Source: a virus
Length of the DNA stretch: 64,000 bases
Strand: one strand, 5' to 3'
Virus record (IMG/VR): IMGVR_UViG_3300044617_002446
Location: 17,324 to 81,323 of that record
In this document: positions 30,017 through 39,572 of the stretch, piece after piece
How the letters are laid out: each line of letters opens with the position of its first letter
Position numbering within the stretch: the stretch's first letter is position 1
Translations under genes and position numbers: made by a program
The notes under the pieces: model-generated
What the model was told of the DNA's origin: nothing
Databases searched by the model: none
What the model saw: only the letters and a program-made list of their open reading frames with translations

Positions 30017-30322
30017 ATGACAAATTTAATATGTTTTCTTCTTGTTTCATGTGGAGCAAGCGCGCTATGGTCATTATCTGACATTTTTATGCCGCTTAGA
30101 AATATTGTTGCAAAAAAATTTCCTTCATTTTTTAGAAAAATGCTATTATGCATGGAGTGTTCGGGTTTTTGGGTTGGAGTCGCGTGTTCGTTAATTTTTT
30201 TTGAACCAACTGAACTTGTAACACACTCAAACCCATTATTAAATAAAATTATTTTAGCAATTTATGGTGGAATAATAACTCATTTGGTAATAAAAGTAAT
30301 AAATAAAAAAGAATTAATTTAA
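30017..30322 (+). CDS. Small membrane protein, DUF1360-like with CxxCxxxW
   Basis: Three hydrophobic segments; IF.PLR and LLCMECSGFWVG. Confidence 0.65.
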   Translation: MTNLICFLLVSCGASALWSLSDIFMPLRNIVAKKFPSFFRKMLLCMECSGFWVGVACSLIFFEPTELVTHSNPLLNKIILAIYGGIITHLVIKVINKKELI

Positions 30323-30324
30323 TT

Positions 30325-30993
30325 ATGAACACACAAAATTATTCATTAGAAGAAGCAAAAAACGCAGCAATTCAAGCAATTGACCTGTACTTTAATCCAA
30401 ATGAAAACAAAGGTTTGGCAAAATTCGGACCCAGCATGATTGTAAACGCCTATTTTGATTTAGGCAAAAATAAAGAAATAAGAAAAAACATCATAAACAA
30501 CTATGAACAAAAACATGAAATATTTGCAGATGTAGTTAGTTCTATGGACAATCCAAATTGTTCATGTAGAGGTAGATTTGGTACATACATTGAAAATAAT
30601 GTAGAAGAATCGGTTTCACTTTACAAAGAAGTAATCAATAAACTTGATGAAAATTCATTAAATATTTTAAAATCCGTAATAGAAAAACAAAACGCGGCGT
30701 TTGAAAAATTACAATCTGATGATGTTAAACCTGAAGAAAAAACAAATACACTTACAAAAACATTTACAACGCCTGCCGACAAAATTCTTTCGCCAGATGA
30801 AAATTTAAAAAAAGACCAAATAAATCAAGAACAGGTTTTTCCTGTTTATCTTGAGGGCAATGTAATAGAAATACGCGACACTCCAGAGGCTTACGGTAAT
30901 TTAATTAAATCAATGAGAGCAAATGGTGAATTTTATAAAGGATTGAATATAGTACCAAAACCAAATGGTAAAATTTGGGTTTATTTTTATTAA
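30325..30993 (+). CDS. Hypothetical protein with NPNCSC motif
   Basis: 222-aa ORF co-oriented with 30017-30322. Confidence 0.7.
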   Translation: MNTQNYSLEEAKNAAIQAIDLYFNPNENKGLAKFGPSMIVNAYFDLGKNKEIRKNIINNYEQKHEIFADVVSSMDNPNCSCRGRFGTYIENNVEESVSLYKEVINKLDENSLNILKSVIEKQNAAFEKLQSDDVKPEEKTNTLTKTFTTPADKILSPDENLKKDQINQEQVFPVYLEGNVIEIRDTPEAYGNLIKSMRANGEFYKGLNIVPKPNGKIWVYFY

Positions 30994-31014
30994 TTAATTA
31001 TTTTATAAACTTTA

Positions 31015-34000
31015 TCATACAGACAGACATTCCACAAACTCATATTCTACTTTTATACTTAAGTCGTAACTTCCATCTGCTATTTCGGGGCAGTCTTCAT
31101 ACCAATATTCTCCATCTCCTTTATATATAGTATTTCCCAATGAACTCGAGCCGCCCTTGCATGGATTTGGGGTATTTGGAAAAGCGGGATTTTCTGATGG
31201 ACATGATGTTGTAATATTTCCATTTACATTGCCCTGTATTATGCTGTCAATTGGTGTGGTACGATTATAGGTGTTGTGTGGACCTGGATTACTTATAGTT
31301 AAATTACAGGTACTTGTACAACTTGGATTTCCTGCTTTATTACATTTTATTGAAAGTAATTTTATACAATCCTTATTACCATTTTCATCATCATCATCAT
31401 CATCGTCATCATCACCTTCATCACAACATAGTATTTTTTTCTCCGGCATAGATCCAGGAGGCACTCCCGGTGGAAGAGGACACGTTTTTTGCACCAATAT
31501 ACCACCCTTGCTACCAGGACCAATCACATTACACCTTGCTCCAACTTGGTAGTCGCCATAAGAAAAACTATCTGGCAAACCAAAATCAGAACAAAAACAA
31601 CGCTTTTCTGTACCTTGGCAGCAACAAAATTGAGCTTGTTGATATCCAGTATAATTTTCGCCATATTTCTCTTTACATGAAGCAGTACAATCATTACTTA
31701 AAGGAGCAGTTTTACCTCCATCACATTTTGCTTCACAACAATAATAACATTTTTTACCTGGTGAATCGGGACAATCCGTTTCAATAGGATCCTCTTCTCC
31801 CAAGCAATATTGTCCACCAAATGGAGGTCCATCTAAACACGAACCTACCAATCTACAGCCCTGCCTACCAGGAGACTCGCATTCAGTATTTTCACATGGC
31901 AAACATTCATCTTTAGCACATGCCTTGTGGCAGCGACATTTTTTAACACCTCTTCCATTTGGACACGGGTAAACTGATTTTTCAACATATCCTGTCCAAT
32001 TATCAGTTGCACAGCATGAAGATTCAATAATTTCCTCCTGAATAGGCTCACCACCACATTGCCAAAACGTAGCTCGAATTCCACCTATTATATCTTTACC
32101 ATTTGCTAATCGTGTTTTACAGCTTTCATCAGTAAAAGCAGACTCTTCTCTCCTTTTATAAACAGTAAAATGACCATCTTTACCTTCGGGACCACCAATA
32201 TATACTCTTTCAGGTTCAATTGTAAAACCAAGACTCACACTAGATTGTTTTATTGTAGCAAAACATTCTTCGCATTTAGACTGGTTTCCTCCATTAACTA
32301 AGGTTTTAATAGTACAATCTGCAAGTATTTCAAAATTAGTACAATCACTATTATTTATACTACAACTCAAATCAAATTTCTGTTTACATGCTGGAGTTCT
32401 ATTTGTTTTTGGATCTAATCTACCTGTACCTATACTGTAAGTTCCATCGGGTCCAGTTTCAAAAGGACTGTCTACAGGAAGCAAGGGTCCTTGTTCTGGT
32501 CCAGATTCTGGTCCTGGCCCTGGTCCTGGCCCTGGTCCCGACCCAGATTCTGGCTCTGGTCCGTATCTTGGATCTAATGGTCCCTGAGCAAGAGGGGGCG
32601 GAGGTGGCGGTGGAGAAGTATTTTTACAAATATCACCAATGCATCTTGTATCATCACCCTTGTAAACACCATTTAAAAAGCCACATTGTTCTGAAGTTGT
32701 TTCTATACAATTTAAAAAAACTCCAGATACATCAAATCTACAACACACACCAACAGCAACAGGATTTTCAGTTGGCGCACAACCGTTTGGCTCCCTAATA
32801 TCATCATCGCTTATAATAAAATTAGCAGAAGATATACCAAATTGTAAAGATTCATATGGCACTAGTGTATTTAAGGTTAAATTAAATCCTTCAAATTTTT
32901 CTAAGTCACCCTCGTCTTCTAGAATTTGCCCGAGTCTTATGCTTTGTCTTGTTTTAGGTATTATAAAAGGAAGCTCTGTATAATAACCACTTGGCAAAAT
33001 TTCATTTGATTCAAAATGATCACCAAATAAAGGATCCGGCTTCCATTTACTATAAGTTATTAATCCCGTTAAATCATAATCCGTAAAACCAGTTCTATTA
33101 ATAGTATAACCAACTGATCTTTGCTCTTCGCAACCCGTATATCTATTTAGTGAAAAAGATAAAAAAGAATCAGGCTTTGGTGGACAAAAACCGTTTATAG
33201 CTATACTGCCGTCCCAGCAAATATCAGGCCTGGGTGGAAGAGTGATATCTCCATATTTTATTTTTAATAAATAGTTGCCAGAAGCAAGCTGTTGACTAAA
33301 CGAAAAAACATTTCCTGTGGTATTATATGGACCAGCGCGTAACGCATTTATTTTTTCGTTAACTTTGTAAAAATCCTGACAGTCAAAAAATTGAATTTGA
33401 CCTTTCGAGCTACCAGAAAGATCATTTTTCATATAATTTAAACCTCGAAAAGCAACAGCGAATTCGGCACCAAACGAATATTGATACGAATAACCTTCAT
33501 ATAAATTATTGAGAGCACCAGTACATCCAGCACCACTACAAACTCCTGTTATTAAAATGTGATCAGGTTTTAATTTATAAAATCCAGAAACACCATAAAA
33601 AGGATAATCATTTCCAGGTAGATTATTAAAATATACTCTTTTAAAAGGCGCTCCAAAAATATCTGTCGCATAACCTAAATCACAATTAAAAGCTTCATAA
33701 AAGTCATTTCTTAATTCATATTTTTCCTCAACCCCAGAAGCTATACCAATATATTGATAAATACCCCCGTCGTTTAAATAATTAAAAAATATACCAGAAA
33801 AAATACCAGAAAAACCTGTATTTGCATTTTCAGCATAATTATAAAAACCAGAATATAGTCCGCTAGTTTTTCCTACACATCCAGAACCTTCGCAAAAATA
33901 ATTGTAATCATAAGTTTCATTATAGGGTATATATGCACCAATATATAAATCATATAAAGTTCCAGAACTTGTATATACAACCCCGTTGTTAATATATCCA

Positions 34001-36627
34001 TTAATAGGAATTTTATTCACACCGAAAGCTTTTTCACCATAGAAAAAAGCATTTTTTTCACCATATTGCCCATTCACCCAAAAATCAAAAATACCAGTAG
34101 ATGCTAAAGAAAATCTATTTGTAGTTATTCCCGTAAAGCTGCCTGTAAAAAATTTATCATAAGGAGCACATCCCTTTATACCTGTAAATTGAAAAGAATA
34201 AAAACCTATACCAGTACAACCAACCCCAGTGCAAATTGAATTATAAATCGACCCATCAAAAACCTTAGGATCTAATATTTTCGATTCAGAGTTGTTATTA
34301 TTTACCCCAAAAGGGTAAGCATAAAATGTTTCTTCTTCAAAACTTGCATCATCATTGTATTGTTTACAATAATAATTTAATTTATATAAATCAAATAAAA
34401 CCGCCACATTAGCTTTGTCTATTTTTATTTTAAAATCACCTTTAGAAAAAAAACAAGGTTCTTCATTTATAGAAAAATTTATTTCACTTTTATCAAAATA
34501 ATCATCAAAAAAAAGATCTCCACTTAAATTAAAGTTATTTAATTGCGCAGGGGGTAAACTAGATTCAAAATTTCCAACAAGATATTCCCGCCAGCCTTCT
34601 TGACTTGATTTCTCATCTAAACTAGAAATACCACTTTTAAATTTTGCAAATTCTTCATTTAAAGAAGAGTAATAAGATCGAACTGGATTATAAAAAGAAC
34701 CAGAACCACTTTGCGAAGGATTCATACGAGAAATTCTTACTCTGCCTCCAGAGGGAGTGCTTTCTCCCATGTTCAAAGTTGAAATTAAATTACCTGACAA
34801 ATCATAAAAATCTATATTCCCTAAAAAATCACCAGATTTTTTTAAAAAATCAGAATTATTTGCATACTCTTCAAACTGATTAACAGGCTCTAATCCAGTT
34901 ATTATATACGGAAGGTAAACCTTTAAATTGTTTTGGTTATAATAAACATCATTTTCTGGTGTTTCAGAAATTTTAAGCTCAAACTCAGGAATAGGATCGC
35001 AAGGATCCCATGATAAATCTAAAGTTCTTTCAATAGGCTGGATAAATCCAAGCAAATTAATTTTTTTATCAGCACTTCCGTCTGTAGGTTTAAAAGAAAG
35101 TATATCAGGGGCGCCTTCTTCCTTTTGCATCAAATACCCACTTAAAACTTTCTTTATTGTTATATAACCAGGTTCAAGATATGACATATTCCCAACCCAA
35201 ATTCCAGTTGTTGATGAACCAGTTGCAAGAACAAAACCTGGTCTATTATTAAAATTGATTGTAAAAAACCCAGTTCCATAGGAGAAAGGACTTAAAAAAG
35301 AAAATTCTTCTAGTTCTTTTTCAGTATATTCCCCAGTTAATTTAAAACCAGTAGCTGGAACAGTATAAAGATAAGAGGCTCCTGATTCAGAAACACCTGT
35401 CGATATATAGCCACTTACAGTCTTACCAAAAAAATCAACACCAGATACAGCCCCTTCTATTCCTGTTACCAGTATAGATGGATTCAATCTAGAAATTGTA
35501 CCAGAAATATTAATCTCTTTGTAACCCGAACCAAAAACATTTTTTAATATTAGTCCTGTTCCTAAAGCAGGTATCTCAACCTCAATAAAATCATTTACAA
35601 ATCCTGTAGCAATAAAATTATTAAAATATACAATACCAGATCCGGTTCCGTATTCAAACCCACTAAGTAAGTTATTAAATCCAGAAACAATTCCAGTTTT
35701 ATACCCAGATAACAATCCAATTCCACTTACAAATCCAGAAACAAATTGACCGGTTAATTCTCTTGTTCTTTCAATATCTAAATAAACAGATCCAGTATAA
35801 CCACTTATATATTCAAATTGAACAGACAGATCAGAACCACTGGTATTTAAATAATATGAAGTATATTTATTTGTTTCTCCTGCAGATATATTTCCTTCGT
35901 TTGGTGAAATTAAAATATAAAATGTTTGCACGGATAAAGGTGAGCCAACTGCATTGAACGAATAAGAAAAATCACCAAAATCAGTATAAAAATTCACAGG
36001 AAACGAATAGTTTCCATTAATTTGATTAAGAATATCTATTTCAAATGTTTTTTCTGAAAATGGAAGAATAATAGATGGAAATTGACCACTAGAAAAAGAA
36101 AAATTTAAATCAGATATATCTCCTGAGAATATATTTATTGAATGCGGATTTTGATTTTTAAGCACCAAATTCAATGGAACATTAACTCCTTCAATATAAC
36201 TTCCTGATCTAGAATAAGCTTTTTCAGAATCAGATTCAGTATCTTTATAACCAGAAGGCTGCTCGCCATTAATAAAAAAATCCAAATTTGAAATTCCGCT
36301 TACAGAATTAAAATACAAATAAGAATAGTTATTGGAAAACTTATCTTGACCAATATAAACAGGAATTCCGTCAACAAAAAAATCATTAAATTGAGAATTT
36401 ATATTTCCAGATAAAAATAAATTTTTTTCACTATAAAATGAACCAATATATTGATTTTTATAATCAAATATTTTTCCATTTTCCAAAGTCCAATTAATCT
36501 TTCCAGAAACTCCAGAAAAACCAAAATCAAACTTGGAAGTATTTTGATCAACAATTATATTTGCAGACCAAGTAAAGTCACCAGTTTGGTTATAAATTTT
36601 TCTTTTTGTAAATCCGCTTATTTGCAT
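31015..36627 (-). CDS. Large tail fibre/spike-like protein: S/T-G-rich body, Calx-beta domain, Pro/Gly linker, Cys-rich C-terminus
   Basis: 1870 aa; D.GD.E..EGFNLTL..ANFIISDDD (Calx-beta), GVCC..C..C..G.YKGDDTRC, P7/GP linker, about 50 Cys in the last ~590 aa. Confidence 0.7.
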   Translation of the reverse strand: MQISGFTKRKIYNQTGDFTWSANIIVDQNTSKFDFGFSGVSGKINWTLENGKIFDYKNQYIGSFYSEKNLFLSGNINSQFNDFFVDGIPVYIGQDKFSNNYSYLYFNSVSGISNLDFFINGEQPSGYKDTESDSEKAYSRSGSYIEGVNVPLNLVLKNQNPHSINIFSGDISDLNFSFSSGQFPSIILPFSEKTFEIDILNQINGNYSFPVNFYTDFGDFSYSFNAVGSPLSVQTFYILISPNEGNISAGETNKYTSYYLNTSGSDLSVQFEYISGYTGSVYLDIERTRELTGQFVSGFVSGIGLLSGYKTGIVSGFNNLLSGFEYGTGSGIVYFNNFIATGFVNDFIEVEIPALGTGLILKNVFGSGYKEINISGTISRLNPSILVTGIEGAVSGVDFFGKTVSGYISTGVSESGASYLYTVPATGFKLTGEYTEKELEEFSFLSPFSYGTGFFTINFNNRPGFVLATGSSTTGIWVGNMSYLEPGYITIKKVLSGYLMQKEEGAPDILSFKPTDGSADKKINLLGFIQPIERTLDLSWDPCDPIPEFELKISETPENDVYYNQNNLKVYLPYIITGLEPVNQFEEYANNSDFLKKSGDFLGNIDFYDLSGNLISTLNMGESTPSGGRVRISRMNPSQSGSGSFYNPVRSYYSSLNEEFAKFKSGISSLDEKSSQEGWREYLVGNFESSLPPAQLNNFNLSGDLFFDDYFDKSEINFSINEEPCFFSKGDFKIKIDKANVAVLFDLYKLNYYCKQYNDDASFEEETFYAYPFGVNNNNSESKILDPKVFDGSIYNSICTGVGCTGIGFYSFQFTGIKGCAPYDKFFTGSFTGITTNRFSLASTGIFDFWVNGQYGEKNAFFYGEKAFGVNKIPINGYINNGVVYTSSGTLYDLYIGAYIPYNETYDYNYFCEGSGCVGKTSGLYSGFYNYAENANTGFSGIFSGIFFNYLNDGGIYQYIGIASGVEEKYELRNDFYEAFNCDLGYATDIFGAPFKRVYFNNLPGNDYPFYGVSGFYKLKPDHILITGVCSGAGCTGALNNLYEGYSYQYSFGAEFAVAFRGLNYMKNDLSGSSKGQIQFFDCQDFYKVNEKINALRAGPYNTTGNVFSFSQQLASGNYLLKIKYGDITLPPRPDICWDGSIAINGFCPPKPDSFLSFSLNRYTGCEEQRSVGYTINRTGFTDYDLTGLITYSKWKPDPLFGDHFESNEILPSGYYTELPFIIPKTRQSIRLGQILEDEGDLEKFEGFNLTLNTLVPYESLQFGISSANFIISDDDIREPNGCAPTENPVAVGVCCRFDVSGVFLNCIETTSEQCGFLNGVYKGDDTRCIGDICKNTSPPPPPPPLAQGPLDPRYGPEPESGSGPGPGPGPGPESGPEQGPLLPVDSPFETGPDGTYSIGTGRLDPKTNRTPACKQKFDLSCSINNSDCTNFEILADCTIKTLVNGGNQSKCEECFATIKQSSVSLGFTIEPERVYIGGPEGKDGHFTVYKRREESAFTDESCKTRLANGKDIIGGIRATFWQCGGEPIQEEIIESSCCATDNWTGYVEKSVYPCPNGRGVKKCRCHKACAKDECLPCENTECESPGRQGCRLVGSCLDGPPFGGQYCLGEEDPIETDCPDSPGKKCYYCCEAKCDGGKTAPLSNDCTASCKEKYGENYTGYQQAQFCCCQGTEKRCFCSDFGLPDSFSYGDYQVGARCNVIGPGSKGGILVQKTCPLPPGVPPGSMPEKKILCCDEGDDDDDDDDDENGNKDCIKLLSIKCNKAGNPSCTSTCNLTISNPGPHNTYNRTTPIDSIIQGNVNGNITTSCPSENPAFPNTPNPCKGGSSSLGNTIYKGDGEYWYEDCPEIADGSYDLSIKVEYEFVECLSV
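31385..31414. repeat. (TCA)n trinucleotide run encoding poly-Asp
   Basis: tcatcatcatcatcatcatcgtcatcatca = DDDDDDDDD tract in 31015-36627. Confidence 0.8.
32486..32612. repeat. Pro/Gly low-complexity linker (P7, GP repeats)
   Basis: ggtcctggccctggtcctggccct repeats; protein PPPPPPP...GPGPGPGPGP. Confidence 0.8.
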
Positions 36628-36633
36628 TTTAAA

Positions 36634-39537
36634 TTAATTGGTTGGAAGAGTTAACGGCCTATAAGAAGAATTTATATTTCCACCTACAGATGATGTATAC
36701 AATCTATAAGAAAGCCCTTCGATCATTTTATTTATTAAATTGGCTTCCGGTATGGCTCTATATTTAGTTGATAATGTATAAGATGTTTTCGGTCCATCTT
36801 CTCCTATTGTTATACTTATGTTATCTAAACCTTCTTCAAAAGAATATCTTTTTGGCATTATTCCAAATAAAGTAAAATTTGCACTTTTTTTATTTTGGGT
36901 ATTAGAATATTTTAAATAACTATAAGCCGCTGCGTGCGCCTTTTGAATTTGCTGCATATTTGGAACACATGCACCAGGTTTTAATTCTTTTTCTATTTGA
37001 GAGAGTTCATTAAAATAATAATCATGCTTCATTGCATCAGCTGGAATGTCGCCCGCAATTGGAACTTGATGCTTTGGAATAAAAACCGGCACGTCATAAG
37101 TTTGCCTAAGTCTTACTTTATAAAAGTCTTTATTTTGCCCCCCAGAAGAACCAATATTGCTTGATCCACCGTCTAACAATGATTTTTTTGGTTGAGCCAT
37201 AAGTTTTCTAAATTTCGCTGTTTCTTCTTGCATTTTTTCTGCTAGACTTCTTTTTACATCTTCCTTATCTTTAAAGAAACAACCACCAACTGGCATCATA
37301 AATCCGAAGCCATCAAACGTAACCCATCTACAATTGTCAGAAGTTAACCCAGATGCCCCAAGAACCATTTTTTTCTCGTATGGACTTTTTGTATCTCTAC
37401 TATCCCTCAACAAAGTTTTTCTAACATTTTTCATTTGCTTTGTTTCGTAAAAGTTATTTATTTGAGTTTTTGTTATTGGAAACTCTCTGCCATTCCTCGC
37501 ATTACGGACGCAATATATTCTTATATTTTTATTATTTTTTGCACATGGATATAATCTAACAAGTATATCTGGTCTTCCTTCTGGACCAACAAGCCAAAGA
37601 CCAAAATTATTTGCAAGATAGTCTACTTGAGAAGAGTATTCATTTATTTGACTAGAATGAGGGTACCATTTTGAATCTCTTTCTGCAATTACTAAATTTG
37701 ATTTAACTTTATATTCTTTTTGTATTTGCCCATCTTCTTGTTCTACAGTAAATGTCGAATCTTCTGCATTTGAATCATCATCATCTTTAACTTCTGTAAT
37801 AAGTTTATCTATATAAGACCCTGGTTCATGACCAAAACCGCAAACCGGATGACCAGGAATACCCGCGCCACTAGATAAAAATTCAGCAGATGCATCAGGA
37901 GATTCAATTGATACATTGGGCGCATTTTCTTCTCCAGCTGGAACAATAGGAGAATATTTTCTATACCAAAACCTACCCATAAAATTATTTGCTATTGAAG
38001 ACTCTCTATCGAACTGAGATTGTAAAGTTTCCAAACTATTTTCAACCACCAAAAAATAGTACGAAGAAGTTCCGCCGGTCTTTTTTTGATCTTCTAAAAT
38101 TGCTTTTTTTCTTTCGTCGCCCATTTGATTCAAAATTGAATTCCATCCAGCATCATTAGCTCCCTCATTTTTTGTTGGAGCTATAACATCAATAATACGC
38201 ATATTACCAAGTTCTTTTAATACATTTGGATCTTCTTCATCTTTTTTATTACCCGTAGTGGAAGCACCCAAACCAGGTCCAGCTGTACCTCCACCGGCTA
38301 AACTATTATCTTTTGGAGCAGTTCTTGGTTTTGAAGGATTTTCGCTACAGTCAAATGCCACCTTCTTGCTTACCGCATCTTTTACGCTAAGTATTTTGTA
38401 AGCATTATAAAACCAAAACACTTCTCTTAAATTATTACTATAGTAACTTAAAGCAATCGAAATTTCTTTATCTTCAAGATATTTTTCTTTATCTCCAGAG
38501 GAAGATTTCAAAGAGCCGCCAAGACTACTTTTATTTTTAGATAATCCTGCTCCATCTTTCATATCCCCACCAAATAAATCGGTTATATAAAATGGAGTTA
38601 AAGTAATTATTCTATCGTCTTCACAAGTGTATGATTGCTTTATTCCTTCTCTACCATAATAAGATATTACACCGCGTGATGATGTATCCTCACAAGAAAT
38701 TGTTTCGGAATATTCTGATAAATTTTCATAACTACTAGAATCAATATTAAAATTTGCACCAGATTTTAAATCAACAAAAACCAAAGAATCCTTTTCAAAA
38801 TCCCAATAAAAAGTAAAACCAAAATCAGAACACCAGCTTTGCAAAACACTTCTTAATGATCCTGTATAATCTCTTGGCAATTTTTTTAAGAAATCGCCAG
38901 ACGGTTTATTATTTGCAGTAACCGGCAACTTTGATAAAAGCTCATCAAATGTATATTTAACTTCATAAATACTATTGCCGTCTTCTTCATTAACGCAAGA
39001 TAAGCCATATTTATCAGGTGGAGCAAATGGGCAAGGGTCGCACCAATCAACTTTTATTTGATTTTCATTTAAATCAACAGTAGAATCGAAATCTGTATCG
39101 CATGGATGATATTCTTTCCCAACTATAATTAAATTTTTAGCAAAAGAACCAGGTCTAGATGGCGCCGAATATTTATTGAATCCAGTTCTAATTCTATTAT
39201 ACCCATGTCTTTTATGTAACCCAACATACCACTGATCTAATTTAAAACTATTATCAATATATTTAACCTCTAAAGTAGAAAGCTCAGGACTAACATTTTT
39301 TGTATATGAAACAAGCGCCCCTTTAAAATTTACACCGCCACCAATTCTAACAGAAGACGAATTTCCAACGGGCGAAATAGTAGGAAGACTATATCTCCCG
39401 GTTTCATTCACTATACTTAAAGTCAAAGAGCTGGGTTGTTCTGGTCCACCAACCTCACATGATAAATTGTAAACACGACCACCAAACATTGACGTGCCAA
39501 CAACAGAATCAGAATTTATTTTTATTACCTTTGACAT
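36634..39537 (-). CDS. Probable tail tip/baseplate hub protein
   Basis: 967 aa downstream of the TMP; GSLRSVLQSWCSDFGFTFYWD resembles hub (gp27/Tal-like) segments; C-terminal ISITIGEDGPKTSYTL. Confidence 0.55.
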   Translation of the reverse strand: MSKVIKINSDSVVGTSMFGGRVYNLSCEVGGPEQPSSLTLSIVNETGRYSLPTISPVGNSSSVRIGGGVNFKGALVSYTKNVSPELSTLEVKYIDNSFKLDQWYVGLHKRHGYNRIRTGFNKYSAPSRPGSFAKNLIIVGKEYHPCDTDFDSTVDLNENQIKVDWCDPCPFAPPDKYGLSCVNEEDGNSIYEVKYTFDELLSKLPVTANNKPSGDFLKKLPRDYTGSLRSVLQSWCSDFGFTFYWDFEKDSLVFVDLKSGANFNIDSSSYENLSEYSETISCEDTSSRGVISYYGREGIKQSYTCEDDRIITLTPFYITDLFGGDMKDGAGLSKNKSSLGGSLKSSSGDKEKYLEDKEISIALSYYSNNLREVFWFYNAYKILSVKDAVSKKVAFDCSENPSKPRTAPKDNSLAGGGTAGPGLGASTTGNKKDEEDPNVLKELGNMRIIDVIAPTKNEGANDAGWNSILNQMGDERKKAILEDQKKTGGTSSYYFLVVENSLETLQSQFDRESSIANNFMGRFWYRKYSPIVPAGEENAPNVSIESPDASAEFLSSGAGIPGHPVCGFGHEPGSYIDKLITEVKDDDDSNAEDSTFTVEQEDGQIQKEYKVKSNLVIAERDSKWYPHSSQINEYSSQVDYLANNFGLWLVGPEGRPDILVRLYPCAKNNKNIRIYCVRNARNGREFPITKTQINNFYETKQMKNVRKTLLRDSRDTKSPYEKKMVLGASGLTSDNCRWVTFDGFGFMMPVGGCFFKDKEDVKRSLAEKMQEETAKFRKLMAQPKKSLLDGGSSNIGSSGGQNKDFYKVRLRQTYDVPVFIPKHQVPIAGDIPADAMKHDYYFNELSQIEKELKPGACVPNMQQIQKAHAAAYSYLKYSNTQNKKSANFTLFGIMPKRYSFEEGLDNISITIGEDGPKTSYTLSTKYRAIPEANLINKMIEGLSYRLYTSSVGGNINSSYRPLTLPTN

Positions 39538-39572
39538 TTCCTTTTATCCTTTAATTATACCATTTTTTTGAA

